This document shows positions 10,442 through 20,206 of a stretch of DNA of 32,000 bases, piece by piece. The stretch spans positions 510,001 to 542,000 of the forward strand of contig NZ_CP046578.1 in assembly GCF_013365455.1 (NCBI RefSeq), read 5' to 3'. The stretch is from Wolbachia endosymbiont of Dirofilaria (Dirofilaria) immitis. Lineage in GTDB: Bacteria > Pseudomonadota > Alphaproteobacteria > Rickettsiales > Anaplasmataceae. The notes under the pieces are model-generated. The model was given only the letters and a program-made list of their open reading frames with translations, searched no databases and was not told the DNA's origin. The first letter of the stretch is position 1. Each line of letters begins with the position of its first letter. The position numbers and the translations under genes are program-made.

Positions 10442-11320
10442 TTAAACTTGATGCATCACCTCTAAAATCTTTTTACCAATCACCGCTGGAGTTTCTGCAA
10501 TTGCAATTCTTGCACTTTTCATAACCTCTAACTTTGCAGCGGCACTTCCACTACTAGAAGAAATAATAGCCCCAGCGTGCCCCATGCGTCTTCCTGGAGG
10601 CGCTGTTTGACCAGCTACAAATCCAACAACTGGCTTTTTAGTTTTCTCTGTCTTTATAAAATATGATACATCCTCCTCTTCATTTCCACCTATTTCACCA
10701 ATAATTATAATTCCATGAGTATCCTCATCTCTTAAAAACAGTTCCATACAGTTAACAAATGTCATGCCATGAACAGGATCACCTCCAATTCCGACGCATG
10801 TTGATTGACCAAGGCCAATAGCAGTCGTTTGTGCTACCGCCTCATAAGTTAAAGTTCCAGAACGAGATATAATTCCTATATGGCCACGCTTGTGGATATA
10901 TCCCGGCATAATTCCTATTTTACATTCTCCAGGTGTAATAACCCCTGGACAGTTTGGACCAATCAACCGACTTTTTGAACCTATAAGCTTATATTTAACT
11001 TTTACCATATCAAGTATAGGAATACCCTCTGTAATACAAACTATTAACTCTATCTCTGCACTTATTGCTTCAAGTATCGCATCAGCAGCAAACTTAGCAG
11101 GTACATATATTACTGTAGCATTCGCACCAGTTTTTTCTTTAGCTTCTCTTACAGTATTAAAAACTGGTAAATTTAGGTGAGTACTTCCACCTTTACCAGG
11201 AGTTACACCACCAACCATCTTTGTTCCATAACTTATTGCTTGCTCTGAGTGGAATGTACCCTGTGCACCAGTAAAACCCTGGCATATTAATTTTGTATCT
11301 TTATTTACTAAAATAGACAT
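10442..11320 (-). CDS. sucD: Succinyl-CoA synthetase subunit alpha
   Basis: [52 protein letters not shown] and the active-site region [11 protein letters not shown]. Confidence 0.98.
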   Translation of the reverse strand: MSILVNKDTKLICQGFTGAQGTFHSEQAISYGTKMVGGVTPGKGGSTHLNLPVFNTVREAKEKTGANATVIYVPAKFAADAILEAISAEIELIVCITEGIPILDMVKVKYKLIGSKSRLIGPNCPGVITPGECKIGIMPGYIHKRGHIGIISRSGTLTYEAVAQTTAIGLGQSTCVGIGGDPVHGMTFVNCMELFLRDEDTHGIIIIGEIGGNEEEDVSYFIKTEKTKKPVVGFVAGQTAPPGRRMGHAGAIISSSSGSAAAKLEVMKSARIAIAETPAVIGKKILEVMHQV

Positions 11321-11323
11321 ACT

Positions 11324-12484
11324 TTATTTTACCTCTTTTACTATCTTCTGCGCAGCTTCACCAAGTTCATCTGTAGCAATAATGCTTAACCCTGACCCCT
11401 CTAAGATTTCTTTTCCTTCTTTAAAATTAGTACCTGATAACCTAACCACTAAAGGAACTCCAATATTCACTCCTTTTACAGCTTCAACAATTCCACTTGC
11501 AACAACATCACAACGCATTATTCCACCAAATATGTTAACTAAAATCCCTTTTACATTACTATCAGATAATATAATCCTAAACGCCTTGGTGACAGCTTCC
11601 TTATTTGCTCCACCACCAATATCCAAAAAATTTGCAGGCTCTGCTCCATAGTACTTTATTATATCCATTGTTGCCATAGCAAGACCAGCACCATTCACCA
11701 TGCAACCAATATTACCACCCATCTTTATATAACTAAGCCCATGCTTTGAAGCTTCTATTTCTTCTTTTACTTCCTCATCATAATCACGTAGTTGTACAAT
11801 TTCTGGATGACGATATAAAGCATTGTCATCAAAATTAATTTTTGCATCAAGTGCAATAAAATCACCTGAATTTGTTTCAGCTAGTGGATTAATCTCTATT
11901 TGACTTGCATCAGTTGTAATAAATGCATTATATACACTTTTTGCAACATCTGTTATTTTCTCTATTTGCTCTGGATTTAAATCAAAACTACTGTTTAATT
12001 TTCTGCTATCAAAACTTGCTAAACCAGAAGCAGGATTAATATCGAGCTTTACAATTTTCGTAGGAGAATCTTTTGCAACTTTTTCAATATCCACTCCACC
12101 TTCTGAAGAAAATATGAATGTTGGCCTGCTGAGCTTTAAATCAATTACTAAACCTAAATAATACTCTTTCTTAATATTCAAACCCTCTTCAATGTATACC
12201 CTTTTTACTTGCTGCCCACTTGGTCCCGTTTGGTAAGTCACCAAAGTCATACCAAGCATATCCCTCACAAGCTGTTGAGCTTCTTCAGTTGACTTTGCCA
12301 GTCTTACACCACCAGCTTTACCTCTACCACCTGCATGAATCTGAGCTTTAACTATAAGCACATCAGACTCTAATTGATTTATTCTAGTTTCTATTCCTTC
12401 TGCAGATGTAGTAACAAAACCCCTTAATACTGGAACATTAAATTTACGTAAAACCTCTTTTGCTTGATATTCATGAACATTCAT
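11324..12484 (-). CDS. sucC: Succinyl-CoA synthetase subunit beta
   Basis: [42 protein letters not shown]-type [56 protein letters not shown]. Confidence 0.98.
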   Translation of the reverse strand: MNVHEYQAKEVLRKFNVPVLRGFVTTSAEGIETRINQLESDVLIVKAQIHAGGRGKAGGVRLAKSTEEAQQLVRDMLGMTLVTYQTGPSGQQVKRVYIEEGLNIKKEYYLGLVIDLKLSRPTFIFSSEGGVDIEKVAKDSPTKIVKLDINPASGLASFDSRKLNSSFDLNPEQIEKITDVAKSVYNAFITTDASQIEINPLAETNSGDFIALDAKINFDDNALYRHPEIVQLRDYDEEVKEEIEASKHGLSYIKMGGNIGCMVNGAGLAMATMDIIKYYGAEPANFLDIGGGANKEAVTKAFRIILSDSNVKGILVNIFGGIMRCDVVASGIVEAVKGVNIGVPLVVRLSGTNFKEGKEILEGSGLSIIATDELGEAAQKIVKEVK

Positions 12485-12517
12485 AAAATAACCAACATAA
12501 ACATAAATTATTAAAAA

Positions 12518-12718
12518 CTACCAACCATACCGTTGCCTTCTGCTCTCTTGTTGGCGCCTCTTTTTTTTGACTTCAGCCTTCTTCTTAGCTCTTATTTCCG
12601 ATTTCTTTTCATGATATTGTTTTTTTATTTTTACCCCTCTTCCTTCCTTTTGAATTGTTTTTTTTAATATTGGAAAAGCTCTACTTACATCACCATAATG
12701 AACTGATACCTCGATCAA
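12518..12718 (-). CDS. rpsU: 30S ribosomal protein S21
   Basis: 66-aa basic ORF: IEVSVHYGDVSRAFPILKKTIQKEGRGVKIKKQYHEKKSEIRAKKKAEVKKKRRQQ. Confidence 0.9.
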   Translation of the reverse strand: MIEVSVHYGDVSRAFPILKKTIQKEGRGVKIKKQYHEKKSEIRAKKKAEVKKKRRQQESRRQRYGW

Positions 12719-12913
12719 ACTCTATACCTCCATTCATAACTATCTCAAAAAACTACTTATAAATTAGAAAATTAACATCGTCAATTACTTTATAAACTCA
12801 AGCATTAAGTTATACTGCAACTGGAACACTAAGCTCTACCTGTCAAAAACGTCAAAGCCCTCTAGCTTCTTGTGCACAATTCTCTCACATTGGAACAACA
12901 AGGATAGACCATA

Positions 12914-13417
12914 TCAATTAAAATTCTCACTGCTCACATTATCTGTTTGGTGTTGACTTTGTTGCTTATACATAGCTTCAAAATCTATAGGATCCAATAT
13001 AAGAGCAGGAAATCCACCACTACTTGTAATCCTTGCAATTATTTCCCTGACAAAAGGGAAAAGAAAAGTAGGACCACCTATAAACAGAGTTTGCCTTATC
13101 TCTTCCACATTTAGCTTCATAGAGTTTTCTATTGAAAAAATACCACAGTATTTTGTTTCACAAATGAAAGCAACACCATTTTTTATATTTTCACCTTCCA
13201 CCACTGCTTTAGCTTCTATATGCAAAGTAACCTCATGAAAAGATTTTTCTTCACCATTTCCTTCTTTACCTTCAGTTCCTTCTAACTTCACTGAATTAAC
13301 ATTAACCATTACATTAATACTTGGAGCTTCTCTTAAAAAAAGAAATGGTGAATTCGGATTTTCAAATGATAGATCCTTAATATATTGGCCATGAATCTTT
13401 ATTTTGCGTTGTGACAT
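12914..13417 (-). CDS. secB: Protein-export chaperone SecB
   Basis: IKIHGQYIKDLSFENPNSP, CETKYCGIFSIEN, FLFPFVREIIARITSSGGFPALILDPIDFEAMY. Confidence 0.96.
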   Translation of the reverse strand: MSQRKIKIHGQYIKDLSFENPNSPFLFLREAPSINVMVNVNSVKLEGTEGKEGNGEEKSFHEVTLHIEAKAVVEGENIKNGVAFICETKYCGIFSIENSMKLNVEEIRQTLFIGGPTFLFPFVREIIARITSSGGFPALILDPIDFEAMYKQQSQHQTDNVSSENFN

Positions 13418-13581
13418 TTCTTACGCTCCATAATCAAGTTGAAGTATTTAATATTTTCCTCTACAATATAGTCATTTGTAAATGAATAGCAAATCTAAAT
13501 CGTAGGTTGATATAGAATAAGCATATTTTATTAACAATTCATAATGTTCAGGTACTTTACATTCTAAGGAGTTGAGTTACT

Positions 13582-14247
13582 ATGGTAGAGCTTGTAGTAT
13601 ATGCTTTATTAGCAGCATTTATTTTTTCACGGTTATATAACTCTTTAGGAAAGTTAACAAATCCAAATTTAAGAAAATTAACTAATGTACTCGATGTAGG
13701 CAAAAGTAATGAAGACATAACAGAAAACATTGAAGACTACATTAATAGTAATAACAAAAGCTTAATAAAAGCCGCTTACAAACAAATACTACAAAAAAAC
13801 AAAGACTTTTCCATTTCCTATTTTATGGAAGGTTCAAGTATAGCTTTTGAGCTAATAATAAAATACTTCAATCAAGGAAATCTATCTCAATTAAAACCTC
13901 TTTTAGATAAAGGCTTATATAACAACTTTGCAGAGAAAATCAGACACCGCCAAGAAACACACGAATCTATAATTGTTTCTATTATTTCACAAAAGATTTT
14001 AGAAATAAAACTAGTGAAAAATGTAGTGTTTATTGCAGTGTATTTCCTTTCAGAGCAAATTAATTTTGTTAAGGATGATAAAGGAAATATTATATCAGGT
14101 AGCACATCTACGATCAATAAAGTTGAGGATATATGGCAATTCAAAAAAAATATCAATTCATCAGACCCAAGCTGGCTGCTTGTTTCTATTAACTACAATA
14201 AAGACAATGATGATAAAAAACCAATAACCAATGGTAAACAGTGTTAG
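13582..14247 (+). CDS. Tim44-like domain protein
   Basis: N-terminal membrane segment (MVELVVYALLAAFIFSRLYNSLGK) followed by a Tim44-like C-terminal domain (AFELIIKYFNQGNLSQLKPLLDKGLYNNFAEKI...EDIWQFKKNINSSDPSWLLVSI). It lies divergently next to secB. Confidence 0.85.
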   Translation: MVELVVYALLAAFIFSRLYNSLGKLTNPNLRKLTNVLDVGKSNEDITENIEDYINSNNKSLIKAAYKQILQKNKDFSISYFMEGSSIAFELIIKYFNQGNLSQLKPLLDKGLYNNFAEKIRHRQETHESIIVSIISQKILEIKLVKNVVFIAVYFLSEQINFVKDDKGNIISGSTSTINKVEDIWQFKKNINSSDPSWLLVSINYNKDNDDKKPITNGKQC

Positions 14248-14265
14248 CCCTGTTTAAAATCGATC

Positions 14266-14961
14266 ATGAAAAGTAAGCTGCGTGAAATAGTACTTGATAC
14301 TGAAACTACTGGCCTTGATATTGAATTTGGTCACCGGATTATCGAAATAGGATGTATAGAATTGATTAACCGCGTCCCAACAGGTAAAGTATTCCATCAG
14401 TACCTTAATCCAGAAAGGAATATACCTTATCATTCATTTAAGATTCATGGCATTAGCGAAGAATTTTTGGAAGATAAACCATTATTTTCAGATATTGTAC
14501 TTGAATTTCTTGACTTTATATCTAGCGATATCTTAATAATCCATAATGCTGAATTCGATATCAAGTTCCTTAACATGGAACTTAGTAAACTGAATGCCGG
14601 ATCAATTTCCTTAAACAGAGTACTAGATACATTACCACTTGCAAGAAAAAAGTTTGTAGGATCACCAGCATCTTTAAGTGCATTATGCAAACGATTTGAT
14701 ATATCGCTAGGGAACAGAGAATTACACGGAGCACTAATTGATGCTCAACTGCTTGCAAAAGTTTATGTTGAGCTTACAGGAGGGTTACAAACTTTCTTAT
14801 TTGATAATCAATATAAACAAGATAACAACTCTGCAATTATTTATCACAAAGTGCGTGATTTAGCTCACAGGAAACATTCATTAAGTGATGAAGAAGTTAA
14901 TGAACATAGAAAACTGTTAGATAAAATTAATAACCCACTTTGGAAAGAATATATTGAGTAA
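14266..14961 (+). CDS. dnaQ: DNA polymerase III epsilon subunit (3'-5' exonuclease)
   Basis: REIVLDTETTGLD (ExoI), IHNAEFDIKFLNMEL (ExoII), ELHGALIDAQLLAKVYVELTGG (ExoIII-epsilon). Confidence 0.96.
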   Translation: MKSKLREIVLDTETTGLDIEFGHRIIEIGCIELINRVPTGKVFHQYLNPERNIPYHSFKIHGISEEFLEDKPLFSDIVLEFLDFISSDILIIHNAEFDIKFLNMELSKLNAGSISLNRVLDTLPLARKKFVGSPASLSALCKRFDISLGNRELHGALIDAQLLAKVYVELTGGLQTFLFDNQYKQDNNSAIIYHKVRDLAHRKHSLSDEEVNEHRKLLDKINNPLWKEYIE

Positions 14962-14995
14962 ATTAATTAATAAGATATAATCTTATTTTTTCAAG

Positions 14996-15622
14996 GTGTT
15001 TTTGATGACCAAGTTTACAAGATTGTTACCTGTTATGCTAATAGCATTATTAGTAGTCATTTTTCTTAGTTATTGTTATTTCACCAAAAGATACATATTT
15101 ACCTCAATAGCTACCCACAACACAGAAGTTAAAATAGGAAGAGATTTTGTTCTAATTAACCAAGACAATCAAATTATACACAGTCAAGATTTTAAAGATA
15201 AGTATATGATGATTTTCTTTGGGTTCTCTTCATGTAAAAAGGTTTGCCCTATGAATCTTGGAATAATTTCAGAGGTACTTACAAAACTAGATGAGAAAAC
15301 TAATAAGAAGCTACAAACATTTTTCATAACAGTTGACCCTGAACGTGACAGTACAGAAAAGCTTAAAGAATTTCAGCAGCAATTTGACTATAGAATACAG
15401 ATGTTGACTGGTGAAAGAGAAAAAATAGATGAGGTAATTACAAGTTATAAAGTATACGCTAGCAAAACTGGCGGAGAAGAAGAGATTAACCATTCTTCGA
15501 TAATATATCTTATTGGCCCTAAGGGAAAATACATCACACACTTTACAGCTGATCTAAACTCAGATGAAAGTCAATCTGATAAGATTGCAGCTGAAATTAA
15601 GAAATATATAAATGAACTATAG
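14996..15622 (+). CDS. SCO1/SenC family copper chaperone/thioredoxin-like protein
   Basis: N-terminal membrane anchor, FFGFSSCKKVCPMNLGIIS (CxxxC), FFITVDPERDS and NHSSIIYLIGPKG. Confidence 0.93.
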   Translation: MFLMTKFTRLLPVMLIALLVVIFLSYCYFTKRYIFTSIATHNTEVKIGRDFVLINQDNQIIHSQDFKDKYMMIFFGFSSCKKVCPMNLGIISEVLTKLDEKTNKKLQTFFITVDPERDSTEKLKEFQQQFDYRIQMLTGEREKIDEVITSYKVYASKTGGEEEINHSSIIYLIGPKGKYITHFTADLNSDESQSDKIAAEIKKYINEL

Positions 15623-15627
15623 GCTCC

Positions 15628-15659
15628 CTGTACCTAAATGGATCTGTACCTAAATGGAT
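15628..15659. repeat. Perfect 16-bp tandem duplication (CTGTACCTAAATGGAT x2)
   Basis: Read directly: ctgtacctaaatggat|ctgtacctaaatggat, starting 6 bp after the SCO1-like stop codon and upstream of the convergent gltA end. Confidence 0.95.
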
Positions 15660-15704
15660 ATATTAAATCTGTGGCAATTAACGCTTAAAATTAGGAATGC
15701 AGGT

Positions 15705-16955
15705 TCACTTACCAATATAGAGTTGTCTCGGCCTACAAACCTTAGTTTCTCTATCACTCATCATTTCATACCATTGAGCGACCCACCCAGTGGTTCTTGA
15801 AAGAGCAAAAATAGGCGTGAACATATTTGAAGGAATATTAATAGCATTCATTATTATACCAGAGTAAAAATCAACATTAGGATATAACTTACGCACAACA
15901 AAATACTCATCCTTTAAAGCTATTTCCCCAAGCTTCTTTGCAATCTCAAGTAGTTCATTATTCTGCTCGAGCTTATCTAAAACCTCATCACAAGTGTCTT
16001 TCAATATACGTGCACGCGGATCGTAGTTTTTATAAACACGATGCCCAAATCCCATTAGTCTAAATGGATCTTTATCATCTCTAGCTTTTTTAATAAATTT
16101 ATCTATATCCCCACTTTGTCTTATTTCCTTTAACATACTTATAGTTGCCTCATTAGCTCCACCATGTGCTGGCCCCCAAAGGGCAGCAACCCCTGCAGAC
16201 AGACTCGCTAATAGATTAGAACCAGCTGACCCTACTAATCTAACAGCTGTCGTAGAAGCATTTTGCTCATGGTCAGCATGAAGAGTAAATATTTTATCCA
16301 GAGCCCTTGCAAAAAGAGTGCTTCTATTACTATCAAAAGTATCACCAAACATCATCCTTAAGAAATTTTCACTATAGTTTAATTCACTATCAGCATCTAT
16401 GAATGTCTGATTGTTGATATATCTATATATCATTGCAACAATTGCAGGAACTTGTGCTATCGCAGAGATTCCAAAATCCAGGTCTTTATTATTAATATTA
16501 GTACCATGCTCTTCATAGTACAATGCTGACAAACTTGCAAAACATGCAATCAAAATTGACATAGGATGAGCAGTTTTTGGAAACGCTTTAATCACATCAA
16601 TAACCTGCTCTGGCACTTTGGACAACCTTTTTATTTTTAGAAGAAACATTTCATATTGTTCTAGACTGGGCAACTTACCATAGAGTAATAAATAAATTAC
16701 AGTAGTAAAATCATTATTCTCTGCCAAATCAGTTATATCATGCCCCCTATACCTAAGTACTCCTTCATTCCCATCAATGAATGTAATTGCAGAAGAACAC
16801 GCAGATGTGGAAATAAACCCTGGATCATAAGTAAATAGTCCTGTCACCTTATATAAGTCCTTAATATTTAATACATCAGGACCTATTGTTCCGCTTAATA
16901 TGGGTAGCTCAACTTTTAATCCATTGCTTAATTCTAATAACGCCTTTTTATCCAT
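15705..16955 (-). CDS. gltA: Citrate synthase
   Basis: GFISTSACSSAITFIDGNEGVLRYRGHDI, GPAHGGANEA, MGFGHRVYKNYDPRA, FALSRTTGWVAQWYEM. Confidence 0.98.
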   Translation of the reverse strand: MDKKALLELSNGLKVELPILSGTIGPDVLNIKDLYKVTGLFTYDPGFISTSACSSAITFIDGNEGVLRYRGHDITDLAENNDFTTVIYLLLYGKLPSLEQYEMFLLKIKRLSKVPEQVIDVIKAFPKTAHPMSILIACFASLSALYYEEHGTNINNKDLDFGISAIAQVPAIVAMIYRYINNQTFIDADSELNYSENFLRMMFGDTFDSNRSTLFARALDKIFTLHADHEQNASTTAVRLVGSAGSNLLASLSAGVAALWGPAHGGANEATISMLKEIRQSGDIDKFIKKARDDKDPFRLMGFGHRVYKNYDPRARILKDTCDEVLDKLEQNNELLEIAKKLGEIALKDEYFVVRKLYPNVDFYSGIIMNAINIPSNMFTPIFALSRTTGWVAQWYEMMSDRETKVCRPRQLYIGK

Positions 16956-17037
16956 AATTTAAGCTACTCAAACTTTATATAAAGCACGTAAACCAAAAAG
17001 TACACATAAAACCTTAATTAACCTTAGATTAATTGCA

Positions 17038-17307
17038 TCAAACAGTCATCAATGCTTTTACTCTCGCATTCAAGCGACTTATCTTACGTGCAGCAGTCTT
17101 CTTATGAAGAACACCTTTATTTACACACTTATGCAAATTAGACTCAGCGTTTCGAAATGCTAGAATAACACTCTCTTTATTACCAGATTTAATTATATCA
17201 ACTAATTTTCTAATAGCAGTACGAGTTTTACTTTTGCGCATTTTGTTTATCAAAGTGCGCTTTGTTATCACTTTCACCATTTTTTTAGCACTTTTATGAT
17301 TTGCCAT
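17038..17307 (-). CDS. rpsT: 30S ribosomal protein S20
   Basis: MANHKSAKKMVKVITKRTLINKMRKSKTRTAIRK...VNKGVLHKKTAARKISRLNARVKAL. Confidence 0.96.
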   Translation of the reverse strand: MANHKSAKKMVKVITKRTLINKMRKSKTRTAIRKLVDIIKSGNKESVILAFRNAESNLHKCVNKGVLHKKTAARKISRLNARVKALMTV

Positions 17308-17341
17308 ATATTAATAACTACAACACTATATTTCCTTCTCA

Positions 17342-18085
17342 TTATAAAAACTTTCCACTAATTTGCAATACCAGTTTTCCTTCAGCCAATTCACTACTTT
17401 TTTCTTCAATATTTTTTTCTAATTTTTTTAAAAATTCACCTCTGCTTAATCCCGGATATATTGAAGGCAATATCTCTATTATCGCCTTTCCAGGATTTTT
17501 TTTCACAGAAAGTATGCTCTTTGGCCAAAATAAACCAGTATTTAAAGCAACTGGTAACACAGGAACAGATAATATACTATATAAAGCAGCTACACCCGAT
17601 TGATACTTCACCTTTTGCTTTGCAAGCGTCCTGGTACCTTCAGGAAATATAATTATGCTCCTATTTTCTTTTACACGTACCTTTGCTAGCTTAACAATAT
17701 GGCGTATAGAGCTGATACCATCCAAGCGGTTAATAAAAATCATTCCAAGCACGACGAGATGTAAGCCAACAAATGGGATCCACTTTAGTTCACGTTTTAA
17801 AACAAAAACTGCATTTCTAAATAAAAGTATAAAAATAAATGTCTCAAACGGAGATTGGTGTTTAGAGGCTACTATAAAGGGCTGCTTTGGAATGTTTTCC
17901 ACCCCTCTAATTTCATACTCAATACCACATAATAAACGAAGCATGTAAAATACAACCTTAACTGAAAAGGCAAGAAAAATAGTTACTACATGTGTAGGAA
18001 AAAAGAGTACAGGAAGAGTAACTAAAGTATAAAGTACTCCCCACAATACAAGAAAAAAGTTAAATAACAAATTCAAAGCTACCAA
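17342..18085 (-). CDS. plsC: 1-acyl-sn-glycerol-3-phosphate acyltransferase
   Basis: FIVASKHQSPFETFIF (HX4E variant of HX4D), INRLDGISSI, IIIFPEGTRT and PVLPVALNTGLFW. Confidence 0.93.
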   Translation of the reverse strand: MVALNLLFNFFLVLWGVLYTLVTLPVLFFPTHVVTIFLAFSVKVVFYMLRLLCGIEYEIRGVENIPKQPFIVASKHQSPFETFIFILLFRNAVFVLKRELKWIPFVGLHLVVLGMIFINRLDGISSIRHIVKLAKVRVKENRSIIIFPEGTRTLAKQKVKYQSGVAALYSILSVPVLPVALNTGLFWPKSILSVKKNPGKAIIEILPSIYPGLSRGEFLKKLEKNIEEKSSELAEGKLVLQISGKFL

Positions 18086-18138
18086 ATCTAGATGAATTTA
18101 TTTAAGTTTAACTCTACTACAAACTTTAAACAATAAGT

Positions 18139-19128
18139 TTAACTATTAATCACCTGAGTAATAGGGTGTAAGTCAGCTAATTTACCTTTCAATTCTTTGT
18201 TAGTAACATGAGTATATATTTGAGTTGTAGAAAGGTTAGTATGACCAAGAATTCTTTGTATCAGTACAATACTTGCTCCACTATCCAGTAAATGAGTAGC
18301 AAAAGAATGCCTAATTACATGCGGAGAGATTTTACTTTCATCAATATTACACTTTTTTGCTAATTCCTTAATTAATTGACCGATTCTCTGTCTTGTAATT
18401 GGCTTATTAGGTTTACTACCTGGAAATAACCAATCAGACTCCTTATCTCCAGGTATTAGGTTACAACGAACTGATAAATAATTTTTAAGGCTTTTTAGTG
18501 CTTGTTCATTAAAAAGGATTTGCCTTTCTTTACCACTTTTCCCTTTTATAATTATAAAACATTCTCTGTCATTACTATTTACTAAATGTAATACCTCACA
18601 TAACTTCATATTAATCAGTTCAGTAATACGCATACCAGAAGAGTAAAGGATATCTAAAATGGCACATAGTCTCTTATTGCTTATCTCTTTATTCGATCCG
18701 CTTACTGATTTTCTGACTGTATTCATCAGCAAAAGCATTTCTCCAACACTTAAACACTTTGGTAGAGGACGAGAAACTCTCGGACTTTTTAATTCATCAT
18801 CATTAGCTGGAGCTGGATTAAAATCTATTATTCCATCATTAAATAAGCACTTATAAAAATTTTTCACAGCAGATATCTTTCTTGATATAGAACTACCTTT
18901 ATATTTCTTTTGCATGCTTAGAGACTTCACATAATCTTTAATATTAGCTTTACTTGCATTAATTAAAGTAGTACCACCTCTCAATAAAAAATCCTCAAGC
19001 TGAAGTAAATCCGAACGATAACTTTCTAAAGTATTTTGCGTAGCAGACCTCTCTGATACTAAAACATCTATATAATAGGTTATATAAAGATTTTCTTTTT
19101 TATCTTGCAATTGTTCACTCTCCACCAC
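18139..19128 (-). CDS. xerD: Site-specific tyrosine recombinase, XerC/XerD family (XerD-like), GTG start
   Basis: LYSSGMRITELINMKL (first catalytic Arg), ISPHVIRHSFATHLLDSGASIVLIQRILGHTNLSTTQIYTHV (HxxR...H...Y). Confidence 0.85.
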   Translation of the reverse strand: MVESEQLQDKKENLYITYYIDVLVSERSATQNTLESYRSDLLQLEDFLLRGGTTLINASKANIKDYVKSLSMQKKYKGSSISRKISAVKNFYKCLFNDGIIDFNPAPANDDELKSPRVSRPLPKCLSVGEMLLLMNTVRKSVSGSNKEISNKRLCAILDILYSSGMRITELINMKLCEVLHLVNSNDRECFIIIKGKSGKERQILFNEQALKSLKNYLSVRCNLIPGDKESDWLFPGSKPNKPITRQRIGQLIKELAKKCNIDESKISPHVIRHSFATHLLDSGASIVLIQRILGHTNLSTTQIYTHVTNKELKGKLADLHPITQVINS

Positions 19129-19285
19129 TAACTCCTATATTTATTTCTTTAACTACAGTTTGATTAGAAACGTTACTCATATTTTTTATCAAAAAATATG
19201 AGATAAACAAAGCATTCACCAATATTATAAGTACAATAAGCCTGCGTCTTAATTTCTTTTTTAGATTTGACCTTACTTTTACCAT
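19115..19285 (-). CDS. Small hypothetical single-pass membrane protein (56 aa)
   Basis: The reverse complement translates as MVKVRSNLKKKLRRRLIVLIILVNALFISYFLIKNMSNVSNQTVVKEINIGVSGGE*. It has a basic N-terminus, one hydrophobic helix, and a 14-bp overlap with the xerD start. It is below the track's length cut-off. Confidence 0.5.
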   Translation of the reverse strand: MVKVRSNLKKKLRRRLIVLIILVNALFISYFLIKNMSNVSNQTVVKEINIGVSGGE

Positions 19286-19437
19286 AGTTAAATTATAATA
19301 TCAAACCTATAGAAAATATCTACAAACTACTGCAATACATTACCCTTAGCCACATCCAATTATACCTACAGTAGTTTTATAGCACCAGAGTAATTAAGCG
19401 GTAGATCATTTGCTAGACCACAGATACTAATAAATCC

Positions 19438-20091
19438 CTAATATATATAACAACCACTCTTTTTTAGTAAAGTACTAATAAAGGGAATAGTAATATTTGA
19501 TCCCATGGATTCATTATCTATTTTCTCCATAATTTTATTAACACTGCAAAAAGAACGTTCTATCCTTGCTAAAATATAATCAATCACCCTCAAATTAACC
19601 CTAAGTTGTTTATCTGAAAATCGTTTTATCAGCATAATTCGTAATAACTCTTCGCTTGCAGGCGGAATTTTAACACTGGTAGTTGATAGTACACGAGAAC
19701 TTAAATCTTTTAACCTTAAATTAAGTCTTTTTGGCGAAGCTGAAGAAGTAATAAGTAGCCTTTTGTTATTTTCCTTCATATAGTTGTAACAATGTAATAA
19801 CATCACTTGATCTTGAACATTTTGTATATCCTCTAAAACAAAAGCATCACTATATTTCATCTTACTGACAAAATTATTCACATTAATAAAAATCGCATTG
19901 TTTACTGATCGCCAGATGTGAGCAAGGTGAGTCTTACCAGAACCTCGAGGACCAAAAAGAATCAGACATTTCCAAAATAGATCATCAATTACTGAACTGT
20001 ATACGTGCTTATTTTCACATAAAATAATAAAATTTTGCCTACTATAATCAGCTTGATTATTGTTGAATAAATTTAACTGTACATTAAACAT
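19438..20091 (-). CDS. DnaA/Hda-like AAA+ protein
   Basis: N-terminal QLNLF, Walker A LILFGPRGSGKTHLAHIW, Walker B-like DAFVLEDIQ, sensor-like LLITSSASP and RLKDLSSRVLS. It lacks the full length and N-terminal domains of DnaA. Confidence 0.85.
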   Translation of the reverse strand: MFNVQLNLFNNNQADYSRQNFIILCENKHVYSSVIDDLFWKCLILFGPRGSGKTHLAHIWRSVNNAIFINVNNFVSKMKYSDAFVLEDIQNVQDQVMLLHCYNYMKENNKRLLITSSASPKRLNLRLKDLSSRVLSTTSVKIPPASEELLRIMLIKRFSDKQLRVNLRVIDYILARIERSFCSVNKIMEKIDNESMGSNITIPFISTLLKKSGCYIY

Positions 20092-20206
20092 CCTATATCC
20101 CTGACAGTGAGTTTATATCAAAATTCACTTATTCTTCTAGTATACACAGGATATTTTATTATCCACCTCTTCATTATCAATATAGACTAGTTATACAAAA
20201 AATCTG

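Noticed and set aside
17301-17603. Plus-strand 100-aa ORF, plus 17461..17652 and 17655..17948
   Set aside because: They are antisense shadows of plsC.
17342-18085. Apparent loss of the HX4D catalytic motif in PlsC (KHQSPFE)
   Set aside because: H followed by four residues and an acidic Glu is a common variant in proteobacterial PlsC proteins, so it is not evidence of inactivation.
18139-19128. Tyrosine recombinase as evidence for a phage, integron or other mobile element
   Set aside because: The architecture and size match the chromosomal XerD housekeeping recombinase. No attachment-site repeats, phage genes or cargo are visible around it.
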